Shown here in pieces: positions 41,145 to 54,308 of a stretch of DNA of 64,000 bases. Position numbers and translations under genes: made by a program. The notes beneath the pieces are model-generated. The model had not been told where the DNA came from. It did not search any database and saw nothing but the letters and a program-made list of their open reading frames with translations. This DNA comes from the human T2T-CHM13v2.0 reference genome, Homo sapiens: assembly GCF_009914755.1 (NCBI RefSeq), contig NC_060944.1; one strand, written 5' to 3'. The first letter of the stretch is position 1, and every line of letters begins with the position of its first letter.

Positions 41145-41822
41145 AGACCTCCTGCGTCTTAATGTGGGAATAATAATAACCATGTCATATAGATTTTCAG
41201 AGGTATTGAGTGAGATTATCTCAGCCCCAGTGCTCAATAAAAAGTTCCAGCATGACAACAAATTTGGTAATAATAATAATAAAACAATCTTTTATTATAT
41301 CTTAATATTGAGGTAAAATATATACAAAGAAAAGCACAGATCTAATGTATTTATTTGAATGAGATTTGGCAAATACATATGTGTAGTTACACAAAATCAT
41401 ATGGAGATATAGAACATTCTCATCAACCTTGAAAGTTGTCTATGACGCATTCAAATTTAATTCCAACCCTTCAGGGGCAATCATTATGCTGACATCTACC
41501 AATTTAAGACTTGCCTGTTTTTTCTCATTTAAGAAGCATTTATTGTTATAAATGCACTCAGGCACTGTAAGACATAACATAAATGAAATAATTTTCAGAT
41601 AAAAGCAACTGCTTATTATTTTATCCTGCCTTTATATTATTTTTATAAACTGCCTTCAGAAGGTATCATTCATTACCATACCAGTTGGGTGGTCTGTAAT
41701 ATATTCCCACAAGGTTTGTCTTCCCTTTATTTCTTCTTTTGTTCTTACAAACATGTATTCTACAGTGTTGCTGCTTCTAAGTTCATTGATTTTCTCTTAT
41801 GTATTATTTTGATATGCAATGC

Positions 41823-42100
41823 TTTTTTTTTTTTTGAGATGGAATCTCCCTCATTGTGTCACCCAGGCTGAAGCGCCTGCAACCTCCACCTCCCAGGCTC
41901 AAGTGATTCTTCTGCCTCAGCCCCCAATTAGGTGAGATTACAGGTGTGTGCCACCATATCCAGCTACTTTTTGTATTTTTAGTAGAGATGGGGTTTCACC
42001 ATGTTGGCCAGGCTGGTCTCGAACCCCTGACCTCAAGTGATTCGCCCATCTTAGCCTCCCAAAGTGCTGGTACTACAGGCATGAGCCACCATGCCCACTC
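41823..42100 (-). mobile_element. Alu (S-type)
   Basis: TSD TTGATAT(G/A)CAATGC at 41809-41822 and 42101-42114. Confidence 0.96.
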
Positions 42101-43117
42101 TTGATATACAATGCTTCTTAACCCCCTTCCTAATAAGATCATTTCTTTTTAACAATGTATATAATATTCTGGACTGAAGTTCAATCCCACAAATTATCAG
42201 TGATGATAACAATTTATAATTACCATTCTTGGTTAAAATCTCAACTTAACATGAGCATTGGCACAAATTCTATAAACAAGCCACTTTTAAAAGCCCCAAT
42301 AAAGTTGACTATATAATTAAAGTGACCTAGTTCAAATAGAAACAAGTGACAGTAGAAGTGAATTAATATTATATGTGCTACATGGTAGTGTAGTTATGAT
42401 ACTCATAATTTTGTATTGCCATTGTAGATATTTTCTTCTAGTGCTTTCAAGTTACCAACAGATATTTATATTCAAGATTTAAGAAAAATATTTCAGAATT
42501 CCCAGGAATTCTTTAAATTAAAGTTGTTCTTAAAGTTTATCCAACATTCTTCACACTGCTTACTCATTATAGACATGGTTTGATGGTTAAGAAACATTGA
42601 GTTTATCACATTTACAAAGAACTGTAGGTTGTGAATATTCATACTCTCAGAAATATGCTAGTTATTAGCAGGTGAACAATTAAAATTTCGGATCTCCTTA
42701 GCAAAGTTAACAGTTCTATACAGAACTGTAAACCAAAATTGCCAATTTCAGAACTTATTTGCTTCCAAACTTGTTATTTCCTGAAACACCACTCATAGGA
42801 TTTATATATATATTCACTTGTACGTCTATTAAAATTAATTTTATTTGCAAGAATGACTCACTATTAGTAGCATACAGAATGATAAGCATATACTCCTAAT
42901 GTGGCAACAGGTACAAGCAACATGATTAGATGGTGACTGCTTTTTCCTTAGTGCTCCTGATTCATTCTCTGAACACATTGACCTTAATTTTTGGCTCTAC
43001 ATGTCAGCATTTTCTGGTCTTTGCTTTAGACTTCTAACCAGCAATGTTACTATTTTGAATCCCAAGGTTTAATTCTTACAAAAGAATGTAAAGACTATAA
43101 TACTTTTTTTTTTTTTT

Positions 43118-43425
<308 letters not shown>

Positions 43426-43439
43426 AAACACTGGCCAAG

Positions 43440-44278
43440 CTCTCAATGTTAAGTAGAAATGGTGAAGACAGACATCCTTGCCTTCTCCTAACCTTAAGGA
43501 GAAAACATCCAATATTTTACCATTAGAGATGATGTTTATCAGCGGCATACCAAGGATTGTGGCAGTGGGAGTGGTTCATCTGAGGAGGAGGGAGTGTTTA
43601 TCTCTGACTCTGTTTAAAATTGCCAGCACATAGTGATAATATACAGTACAGCTTTTTAAGCCACTTTTATTATTATTCTTAAATTCTCTACAATTGGGGG
43701 ACCTATTTATTGCTTACAACTGGGGTGAACTCCTTCCAATAACCTCCTTCCACTTCAGTACACCACTAAGATATGCTTTAAGTTGAATATAGTGCCCTTT
43801 ATCATATTGAGAGGGAGAGCTTCTCTTCCTTGCAGGTGGAGAAGTTTTATAATAAATGGGTTTTGGATTTGTCAAATACTTTCTCTGTTGAGATGATCAT
43901 ATAGTGAATTACACTGACTAATTTTAATACAAAACATATCCTGAATGTGTGTCTCATTTGACCTTAATGTATAATCTATTTAACATATTTTTGGACTGAG
44001 TTTATGACTACTTGGTTAGAGATTTTTATGCCTATGTCTATGAAGGATGTTAGACTGTAAGTAAACTTTTTTATAATGTTCTTCCCAGGTTTTAGTATCA
44101 CAGTTATCTTAGGCTCATAAAAGAAGTTGGGAAGTGTTTTCTCTGCTTCTCTTGTCTTAAAACATTTTTGTAGAATGTATAATTTGTAGATGTTTAATAG
44201 CATTTACCTGTGAAGCCACCTGGACCAGCAGTGTACTTTTTGGAAAGGTTTTTCATTAAAAATTTGATTGCTTTAACA
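43440..44278 (-). mobile_element. Old L1 ORF2 fragments, with a possible small hAT-like insert at about 43540-43768
   Basis: Peptides resembling L1 ORF2 (EKTLPNFFYEPKITVILKPGK). Confidence 0.6.
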
Positions 44279-44470
44279 TAGGAGTCAACAAACTTCAGCA
44301 AAGAGCCAGGAAATGAATATTGTAGGTTTTATATGCCTTAAGATCTTTATTGCAACTCCTTGTCTGTACCACTATAGGACAAAGGCAGTCAAAGATCATT
44401 CTTACCAATGGATGTGGTTGTATGCCAACAAACTTCACTTACAGAATCAGAAGTGGTAATCTAGTCTCCC
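44279..44470. mobile_element. MER58-like hAT element
   Basis: GGAGTCAACAAACTT...GGATGTGGTTGTATGCCAACAAACTTCACTTACAGAA resembles MER58A. Confidence 0.6.
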
Positions 44471-44539
44471 AGTCCAGGAATCAAAGCAAGTGTGTTTAAC
44501 TTATATTTGTTTAGTTATTCAGTTAATTATTTGTGCTAC

Positions 44540-47500
44540 TTTCTTATTGAGATACAATTTACAAACCATGACATGCACCTTTTAAGGTGTACAATATAGT
44601 GGTTTTCAGTATTTTGATAAGCTTGTGCAACCCTCACCACTTGTTAATTCCGGAACAACTTCATTACTCCCATGAAGAACCCCTATACCTGATGGCACTC
44701 AATCCTTCCTCCTACCTTTACTTCTCCCTTGGCAACCACTAACCTGCTTTTTATGAATTGACTTATTCTGGACACTTTATATTAATTAAAGTATATAATA
44801 TGTGGCTCATTGCATCTGACTTCTTTCATGCAGAATTATGTTTTCAAAGCTCATCCATGTTGTAGGGTGGGATCTTTTTTTTTTTTTTACGTTTTATGTA
44901 TGAATAATATTTCACTGAATGGATACATCACATTTTGTTTATCCATTTATCCATTGGTGAACATTTGGATGTTTCTAGTTTGTATGTACTATTATTAATC
45001 CTACTATGAACATTTATGTGCAAATTTTGTGTTAAAATGTTTTCAATTACCTTGAGTATAATTCTTAAAGTGGAACTGATGAGTCACATGATAACTCTAT
45101 GTTTAACTCTTCAAGGAACTGCCAGACTGTTTTCCACAGAGGATGTACCATTTTATGTTCCCACCAGCAATGTATGAATGTTCCAGATTCTCCACATCCT
45201 CACTAACACTTGTTATTTTAGGTTTTTTTTTTTAAGATTATAGCTATCATAGTACATGTGAAGTGGCTTCTCGTTGTGGTTCTGATTTGCATTTTCCTGA
45301 GGTCTAATGATATCACCCATCATTTTACATGCTTATTGGCCATTTGTACATTTTCTTTTGGAGAAATGTCTGTTAAAATCTGATGCCCAGTTTTTAATCA
45401 TGGTTTTTGTCTTTTATGGTTGATTTTAGGAGTTCTTTTTGTATTTTGAATACTAGGCCCTTATCAGATATAAAATTTGCAAATATTTTCTCCCATGTCT
45501 GTGGGTTATCTTTTCATTTCTTATTAGTGCCCTTTGACTCACCAAAGTTTTTAACTTTAATCTATTTTTGGATCTATTATTCCTTTTGTTGCTTGTGCTT
45601 TTGGTAGCATATCTAAGAAATTGATGCTGATTACCAGATCATGAAGATATACATTTATGTTTTCCTCAAAGAGTTTTGTAATTTTAGTTCATATATTTAG
45701 GTCTTGTTTTATTTGGAGCCCATTTTTGTACTTGATATGATGTAACAGTCCATGTATATTTTTTTGCAGGTGCATATCCAGTTTTTCCCCATTATTTGTT
45801 GAAAAGACTACTCTATCCCCACTGGATAGTTTTTGTACCTTTGTTGAAAATAAGACAATTTAAAATGTAATGGCTTATTTATGGATTCTCAATTCTATTC
45901 CTTTGATATATTGTGTTTATCCTTATGCTAGTAACACAACATCTTGAAATTGTAGATTTGTAGTACACGTTGAAATAAAAAAATGTGAGTCCTCCAATTC
46001 TGCCCTTTTTTTTTAAGACTGTTTTGGCTATTCTGGGTCCCTTGCATTTGTATACAAATTTTGGGATTCACTGATCTATTTCAACAAAAATTCACCTGAA
46101 GTTTTCTAGGGATTGCATTGAATTTATAGATCAATTTGTGAAGAATTACCAGCTTGGCAACATCGAGTTTTCCAATCCATGAACACAGTATAGCTTTCTA
46201 TTTTGGGGGTCTTCTTTTATTTCCTTGAAAAATAATTTTCCATTTTCAGTATAAAAGTTTCTCCATTTTTTGGTTAAATGAATCCCTAATTATCCTATTC
46301 TTTTTATGCTATTGTAAATGAAATTTTATTCTTAAAACCATAGAGTGTTGTATTTTGACATTATGTCCTGAACCTTGCTGAGGTCATTTATTAGCTCTAA
46401 TAATATTTTGAGGGATTCTTAAGGATTTTCTGTGTATGTATGTGTGTATATATATATATATACATGTACATATATGCGTGTATATATATACATATATATG
46501 CGTGTATATATATATATACATATATATGCGTGTATATATATATACATATATATGCGTGTATATATATATACATATATATGCGTGTATATATATATATCAT
46601 CATGTCAGTATTTCTTGCAGTCAGGTTGATGGTGATGAACTCTTCAGTTTTTGTATATCCAGGAATGCCTTAATTTTTCCCTGACTTCTGAAGAATAGAC
46701 ATACCAAGATATAGAATCCTTGGTTGATAGGTTTTTCTTCTGCCGTTTTTAATGTGTTCTCTCACTACCTTCTGGCTTTCATGATTTTAATGAAAAATTA
46801 CTGTTTAGTTTATTAACTGCTCATGATAAGTGGCTTGTCCCTTGCTTTCAAAATTTTCTCCTTGCCTTTGTCACTAATATTTCGATCTAGGTGTGGATCT
46901 CTTAGAGATTTTCCTACTTAGTGTTCTTTGAGCTTCTTAGATGTAGAGATTAATGTTTTTAATCAAAATAAAAATTTTCGTCGTCATTCTATCTTCATAT
47001 ATTCTTTCTGCGCCTTTCTCTTTCTTCTCTCTCCTGAGATTCCCATTATGCATATGTTTTTACACTAGATTGTGTTCTTCAGGTCTCTGAGGCTCTGTTC
47101 ATTTTTCTTAATTATTTTCTTTATTGTTCCTTAGAGTGTATAATCTCAAATGACCTGTAATTAAGTTAGCCGATCCTTTCTTCTGTTTCTGTCTTCTGGT
47201 GAACCCCTGTTTTGAATTTCTATTTCATTGGTTGTACTTTACAACTTCATTACTTATCTTTAATTCTTTCTATGTTGTAAGACATTATTCTCATACATTC
47301 CTTTAGTCTTTTGTCCAGAGTTTCCTTTAGTTATTTCAGTGTATTTATAATAGCTGATGTCTTTGTCTACTAATCCATCATCTGAGCTCCTAAAGGATCA
47401 TCTCTGTTCATTGTTTCCCTTCCCTTCTCTGTATGGGCAATATTTTTTGTTTCTTTGCATGTCTCGTAATTCTTTAATGAAATTGGACTTTTTACATAAT

Positions 47501-47760
47501 ATAATGTGGCCAGTTTGGAAATCAGATTCTCTCCCCAGGGTTTGTTTGCACAGTCTTTGCTGTTGATTACTTCCTTAGTAACTTTCCTGGACTAATTTGC
47601 TAAAGTCTGTATCGTGTGTCATGTGTAGCCACTAAAGACGCTGTTCCATTAGCTTAGAGGTCAGCTCATGATTGGACAGAAATGATCTTAAATACTAAAC
47701 CAATAAATCACCTGGACTTTTCCAAGGGGCTGCATGTGTATCCATTGAGATACACTGTCA
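44540..47760 (-). mobile_element. Old L1M 3' end, ORF2 and ORF1 fragments
   Basis: Typical antisense L1 3' sequence (CCCACCAGCAATGTATG, GATTTGCATTTTCCTGA). Confidence 0.8.
46433..46597. repeat. AT-rich minisatellite, unit approximately TATATATATACATATATATGCGTG x5
   Basis: Seen directly. Confidence 0.95.
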
Positions 47761-48473
47761 ACATTCCACTGGGAAACTTGCAACTTTATGTTGTATTTCA
47801 CCTCCTGTTCACATAGAGACTTTAATTCAGCCAGAGGTGAACAATTAGGGTCATCTGAGGTCTTTCCTTAGCATGTACACAGCCCTGGGGCAAACACACA
47901 ATTCTGTGCAGGAGTGTGGTATTCTAAAGTCCCACAGATGTGACAGAGATTTTCTTTAAGCACCTGGAAATCTTTCCTACCTTTTCCTTTTTTGTTTTTT
48001 GGTCAGCCTCTTGTTAGCTCCAATTGGCCTCACCGTCGGAAGTAGCTGTGATGGCAAAAAATTGCCCCAGAAATAGCACTGTCCACATAGAGCACACTCT
48101 GAGTTAGACGAGGTAAATACATGCTATGAAAAGGGTGCCTTTTTAGAGAGCTGACATACAAATGAAATAGTGACAGTTTTCCGGGGACAGAGCTTTCGAA
48201 AGCAGAAAGGAAATCCTCCCGTGCAGGGGCTGCTGGGCTGCTGGTTTTCACAGCCACTGTGGAGCAAACCTGGTGGCTTTCAGGCTACCACACAGCTGGG
48301 CACAAAGATGGGAATGGAAAAGTTATACTGCCACTAAACTTTCTGTTCTTGCTAAAGTTTTCTTGTTTTTCTTGATGATTCTTAATGATGCCACTCCTTG
48401 GATTGTGACAAACCTTTGGCTGAATTCCAAAATTCTGGGGAAAAAAAGTTGATATTGAAAATATATGTGAGTA

Positions 48474-49466
48474 CAGGTTGAGCATCTCTACCCAGAAATC
48501 TGAAATCTGAAATGCTCCAAAATCCTAAAAGTTTTGAGCACCAACATGAAGCCAAAAGTGGAAAACTCCTCTCCTGACCTCATTTGATGGGTTGCAGGCA
48601 AAACGCAGGCTGACAGTGATGAAGCTGATGTTCGTAACACTGCAGAAAAAGTGCTGATAGATGACATGGTGAAAAAGTGTGATGGGCTTATTGAAGGACT
48701 GAAGCAGCCTGTATTCATACCAAAACAAGAAATCATGTAAGTTTAAAAATCAACAAGAAATTTCTAAGACAAAAAACATTGTTAATGAGAGAGATGACTC
48801 TGGAGAAAACATTTTTAAAAGTCATCCAGCAGAATGCCTCCTCATCTCTAGAGGATCCACTTCCTGGTCCCTCAATTGCTTGTGATGTCTCTTTTCACCT
48901 ACAAAAATAAAATACAGTGACCAATAATCGTTTAATCAAAACACAGCATCGTAGATGGAGACTGAAATCCTGCTGCTGTTGCTTCTTGCTGTTGTTTAAC
49001 AGCTGGGGCAGGTATTTTGGTGATGCTACTGTGCTGCTTAGTTACCCTGAACACATTATTTTCACAGTATTAATGGTATGTCGTATTTTTATTGTTAAAT
49101 ATTTATGGGTGAATAAGTGTAATAAAATGATTGCTTATTGGTAGCATATAAATTCGAGTCAGATACAATGGTGATACTAAACAATCACAGATTGTCCACA
49201 TGGGCGGCTGAGATAGGGACAACTTTCTTTCTGATGTTTCAGTGTATACAAACTTTGTTTCATGCAGGAAACCGGTAAAAATATTGCATAAAATTACCTT
49301 CAGCCTATGTGTATAAGGTATATGTGAAACACAGATAATGTTTACACTTGCCTCTCATCCCTAAGATATCTCATTATTTATATGCAAAGATTACAAAATG
49401 TGAAAATATCCAAAATTTGAAAAATTTCTGGTCCTAAGAATTTTGAATAATGGATTCTTAAACTTA
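48474..49466 (+). mobile_element. Tigger4/Zombi-like Tc1-mariner element
   Basis: Starts TA|CAGGTTGAGCATC...GAAATCTGAAATGCTCCAAAATC, has a degenerate inverted end, and contains a transposase-like internal remnant. Confidence 0.85.
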
Positions 49467-50553
49467 TTCTCCCTCCTTTTATGAAGGAGCAGATTTTACT
49501 CCACCGTTGTGAAAGTAGTTCCCTCTGCTGTATGGTTTTTGTATAGGCTTGCCATCAAATAAGTGAACTTCTAATGTTCTGTCATTATTTTCTCATTTAT
49601 CATGAAGAGATAAGTGACTCTTTCACACATTCTATAGCCAATACGAAGATAATCATAACATTTTCCCCTGTACTCCATTAATGAGAAGTATCCCATTGAT
49701 TTACTTTTAAATGTTACACCAATCATAAATTGTTGACATAAAACCTTACTTGTGTATGATGTTTCATCATTTTTATATATGACCAAATTCCCTGTGTAAA
49801 GTTTTGTTTAGGATTTTTGCCTTTATGTTTATAGCAAGGCTGGAAAATTGTTTTCCTTTCATGTAATATCCTTCTCATGTTTCGGTATCACAGAATTGCA
49901 GTGCATATCAAATTAGTTTGGAAACAGAAAGGTCAGTGTGTGGGGTTGCAAACAAACATCTTGAAAATATGAGTGCAGACACTTTAAATATTTAAAGTAC
50001 AGACACTTTAAATATGAGTGCAGGCACTTGAAAATATGAGTGCAGGCATATTAAATCAGTTGGGAGGGATTTTGTTTTTGTAAATTTGGACTGAAACTCA
50101 GTGAGGACATGCCAATTCAGAGTTAGAAGAAAACAGCAGATTTACACAGGGAAAACACTCAACGTGTGGAGGTAGCCCCAAGTTTGTGCTAGAAAGAAAG
50201 GTCGGTGTTGGTAAATAGAGCAGCTACTCCAGAGAGCTTTCCCTCATCATCTCTCTGCCTCCCACATCAGGTCCCAATTCTTCTGTGTGCATTAATAAAT
50301 CTACTTCTTACTATTGCTGAAGTCAGATATGTTTTTAGCTACCAAGCAAGCAGGAGGAACATCCATTTTTAGAATAGTGTAGAGAGGACATGAAGGTTTA
50401 TCTGGCCCAGATTCACATTCCAAAATGACTTCAAGTTAGTCTTTTGAATCCATCAACTAATGAAGTTTTTACACAGTCATGAAGACATAAAAGCAGGAAT
50501 TAAGGAAAAAAGCATTCATTATAAAACTTAAATTTCAGTCCCATGGTGCACCA

Positions 50554-52950
50554 TGAATTGACACCATCATGAAAGCATTTGAAACTATAAAACTCACTGA
50601 TAGAACCAAAACACAAGGAAGAAAGAGAAAGGAATCAAACCTTATTATTACAGAAAACCACCCAACCACAAAAATAAACAATAAGAAGGGAAGTAAAGAG
50701 CAAAGGATATACAAAAACAACCAGGAAACAATCAATCAAATGATAGGAGTAAGTACTCACCTGTCAGTAATAACCCTGAATATAAACAGATTAAATTCCC
50801 CATTTTAAAAATATAGACTGGCTAAAAGGATTAAAAAACAAGACCCAACTATATAGTGAAAACTAACCTCACCTGTAAAGACATACATAGGGTGAAAGTA
50901 AAGAGAAGGAAAAATATTCCATGAAAACAAATCAAAAGCAAGCAGGAGTAGCTATATTTATATCAGACAAAACAGACTTCAAATTAGAAACTGGAAAAAA
51001 GAGACAAGGAATAGCATTATATAATTATAAAGGGACTAATTTAGTAAAAGAATATAACAATTGTAAATATGTATGCACTCAACAGTGGAGCGTCCAGATA
51101 TATAAAGTAAATATTATTAGATATTAAGGAATATATAGACCCCAATACAATAATAGTTAGGGACTTCAACACCCTACTGTCAGCATTGGAAAGATTATTT
51201 TAACAGAAAATCAACAAAGAAATATCAGATATAAACTGCATCATAGACTAAGCAGACCTAACAGACATTTACAGCACATTTCACCAAATAACTGCAGAAT
51301 ACGTATTCCATCAGCACAAGTAACAATGTCAAAAGTTAGCCATAGGGTACAAAACTAGTCTCAAGAATTTTAACAAATCAAAATCATACCAAGTATTTTA
51401 TCTGACCATAATGGAATAAAACTAGAAAGCAATAACAATAGGAACATTTAAAAGTATACAAATACATGGAAATTAAACAACATGCACCTGAATGATAATG
51501 GGTGAAGAAAGAAATTAAGAATACAATTTCAAAATTCCTTGAAATAATCAAAAATATAAACACAACATACCAAAACCTATGAGACCCAGCAAAAGCAGTA
51601 TTAAGAGGCGAGTTTATAGCAATAAATGTCTACATTAAAAAACTAGAAAGGTTTCAAATAAACAACCTAATGATGCATCTCAAGGAACTGGAAAAGCACA
51701 AACAAGCCAAACCCAAAATTAGTAGAAAGAAAGAAATAATAAAGATCAGAGCAGAAATACACAAGAGAGAGACTAAAAATTACAAAAGATCAACAAAACA
51801 AAAAGTTGGATTTCTGAAAAGATACACAAAACTGGCAAACCATAAACTAGACCACCTAGGGAAAAAAAGAGAGAAGACTCAAATAAAATCAGAAATGAAA
51901 AAGCAGACATTACCACTGGTGACACAGAAATACAAAGGATTCTTAGATACTATTATGAGCAACTATAAGCTAACAAATTGGAAAACCTAGAGGAAACTGA
52001 TAAATTCTTAGAAATGTATAACCTATAAAGATTGAACCAGAAAAAAATTTAGAAACCATGAGCAGTTCAATAATGAGTAATGAGACTGAATCAGTAATAA
52101 AAAGCTTCCTAACAACAACAACAAAATCCCAGGAATGGAAGACTTCACTGCTGAGTTCTACCAAACTTTTAAAGAAGAGTTAACATCAGTTCTTCTTTAA
52201 ACTATTCCAAAAAATTAAGGAGGAGAAAGGAGAAAATTCTCCCAAACTCATTCTATGAGTCCAACATTACCCTGATACCAAAACTAAATAAGGGCACGTG
52301 GACACACACATGCACACACACACCAAAAAACTACAGGCCAATATTCCTTATGAACATAGATACAAAAATCCTCAATAAAATACTAGCAAACTGAACCCAA
52401 CAAGACATTAAAAAGATAATACACTATAATCAAGTAGGATTTATTCCAGGGATGAAGAATGTGTTTCAACATATATAAATCATTTATGAATGTTTTAAAT
52501 AAATGTGATACATCACATCAACAGAATGAAGGACAAAAAGTCCATATGATTATCTCAATAGATGCAGAAAAATCATTTGGTAAAATTCAATATCCCTTCA
52601 TGATAAGGACTCTCAATAAAGTAGGTATAGAAGAAAAGTATCTCAACCCAATAAAGGCCATATAGACAAACCCACAGCTAACATCATACTGAACTGGAAC
52701 AAGAAAAGCATGCCAACTCTCACTGCTCTTATTCAACTTAATATTAGAAGTCATAGAGCAATTAGGAAAGAGAAAGAAATAAAAGCCTTTCAAATTGGAA
52801 AAGAAGTCTAATTATCCCTCTTTGCAGATAACATAATTATATCTACAGAAGAACCTTTAGACTCTGCAAATAAACTCTTAGAACCAATCAATGAATTCAG
52901 TAAATATGCAGGATACAGCATCAACATACAAAAATCAGTAGCATTTCTAT
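50554..52950 (+). mobile_element. L1 inter-ORF region and ORF2 5' two-thirds
   Basis: Peptides MIGVSTHLSVITLNINRLNSP, QKQAGVAIFISDKTDFK and HMIISIDAEKSFGKIQYPFMI. Confidence 0.93.
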
Positions 52951-53090
52951 ACAGCCCTACAGGGCTTAGTGGGTGTTCTCCCTGTGTGCAGAGACAAGAG
53001 ATTGTAAAAGACACAAGACCAAGAGATAAAGAGAAAGCAGCTGGGCCCAGGGGACCACTACCATCAAGATGCAGAGACCGGTAGTGGTGG
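52951..53090 (-). mobile_element. MER9-like (ERVK-class) LTR fragment
   Basis: AGACACAAGACCAAGAGATAAAGAG...GGACCACTACCATCAAGATGCAGAGACCGGTAGTGG. Confidence 0.75.
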
Positions 53091-53159
53091 CTGTGTCTTT
53101 AGCTTTGCAAGCTTTTTAGTTTGAGGTAGTCCCACTTGTCTATTTTTGCTTTTTTTGCC

Positions 53160-53277
53160 TGTCAGCCCTGCTTTCTTTTCCCTGTCACAGGTGTCACTCC
53201 CCAGGACACTCCCCAGCAAACCCCCTGTTCACAAACATTTGCCTCTGGGACTGTTTTCCAGAAAACCTGACCTAAGG
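53160..53277 (+). mobile_element. LTR16-like (ERVL) 3' fragment
   Basis: ...CACTCCCCAGCAAACCCC...CCAGAAAACCTGACCTAAG. Confidence 0.45.
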
Positions 53278-54152
53278 AAGATTATAAAAGTTTATCATTA
53301 TCCAAAAATTGGAGAAGAAGAGTAGAAAAAAAATAGTACTGTCACTTTTTCAGCATGTGTTCTGTATGTAACCCAGGAGTTTATCTCATTTCAACGCTAG
53401 GTCTCCTCCCCCTGCAAGGTGCTACTTGGGGCACACTCCTAGTAGCGTATTTGCCCGAGCCTAGGTTCCTCAGTCTGGAATAACCCTTGCTGGAGGTGAG
53501 AAAAGTATGTAGCAGAATGGTCCAGTGAGGTTTGGGGCATTCCAAGTCTTTCAAAATAATCGAGAGTGGGCACTGACGTAACATGGTTAGTCTTTTTGAG
53601 GACTCCATTTGCTGTGAGTTGCAGATAATCTTAATTTTTCTGAGTGTCCAGAGAGTGTTGGTTGGATTAGACAACAGACAGACCTACAACATATCAAGTG
53701 TGAAAACCAATATATATATCGTAACACATACAGAGGTGAACACAGGAATCTGCCCCAACAGTTCTGTATGGCTTTAGATGAAAACCCCCTGGATTAAAAT
53801 AGCTTAACTGTTGGCAGGATCTCTTATGCATAAACTCGTCTCAGGAAAGTTTTTCACCTGCAGTTGACAATCCTGCCAGAGGCAGTAAAATTGAGGTTTC
53901 TGATTCTTCATGTTATTGTACATCCCTAATCCCATTGAAATTTAGGAGATAAAATCACTTGTCCCAAATCACAGAGTCAGCACTTTCACACTCATGATAT
54001 AAATTCAAGTTCCCCCAGTCCCTAAGCCTCTTCCTCCCACTACGTATTCATAGGAAGGAGGCCTCATATCTAGATCTTCCCTCACAGCTTCCCACCCCAC
54101 TCATACCCCCAACGAATCACAGAAGCAGGATGTGCAAAGAGAAATAGGCTCG

Positions 54153-54162
54153 TTTATTTATT
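54153..54162 (-). terminator. SLPI: SLPI polyadenylation signal (two overlapping AATAAA)
   Basis: Plus-strand TTTATTTATT reads AATAAATAAA on the minus strand, about 150 nt after the stop codon. Confidence 0.9.
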
Positions 54163-54308
54163 CATTGATCAACTGGCACTTCTTGAAAGCCTGCTGTGTG
54201 CCAAGCCTTTCCCCAAAGGAGGATATCAGTGGTGGAGCCAAGTCTCAGGGTGGAAAGGACCTGGACCACACAGAGCAGGACTCCAGAGCCTCCTCCATAT
54301 GGCAGGAA

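Noticed and set aside
49962-50050. Short tandem repeat AAATATGAGTGCAG(A/G)CA x3-4
   Set aside because: An ordinary local slippage duplication with no other supporting structure.
53090-54120. Search for a further WFDC15 remnant at the end of unit 3
   Set aside because: No recognisable signal exon or WAP cysteine pattern by eye; a sensitive alignment would be needed to exclude it.
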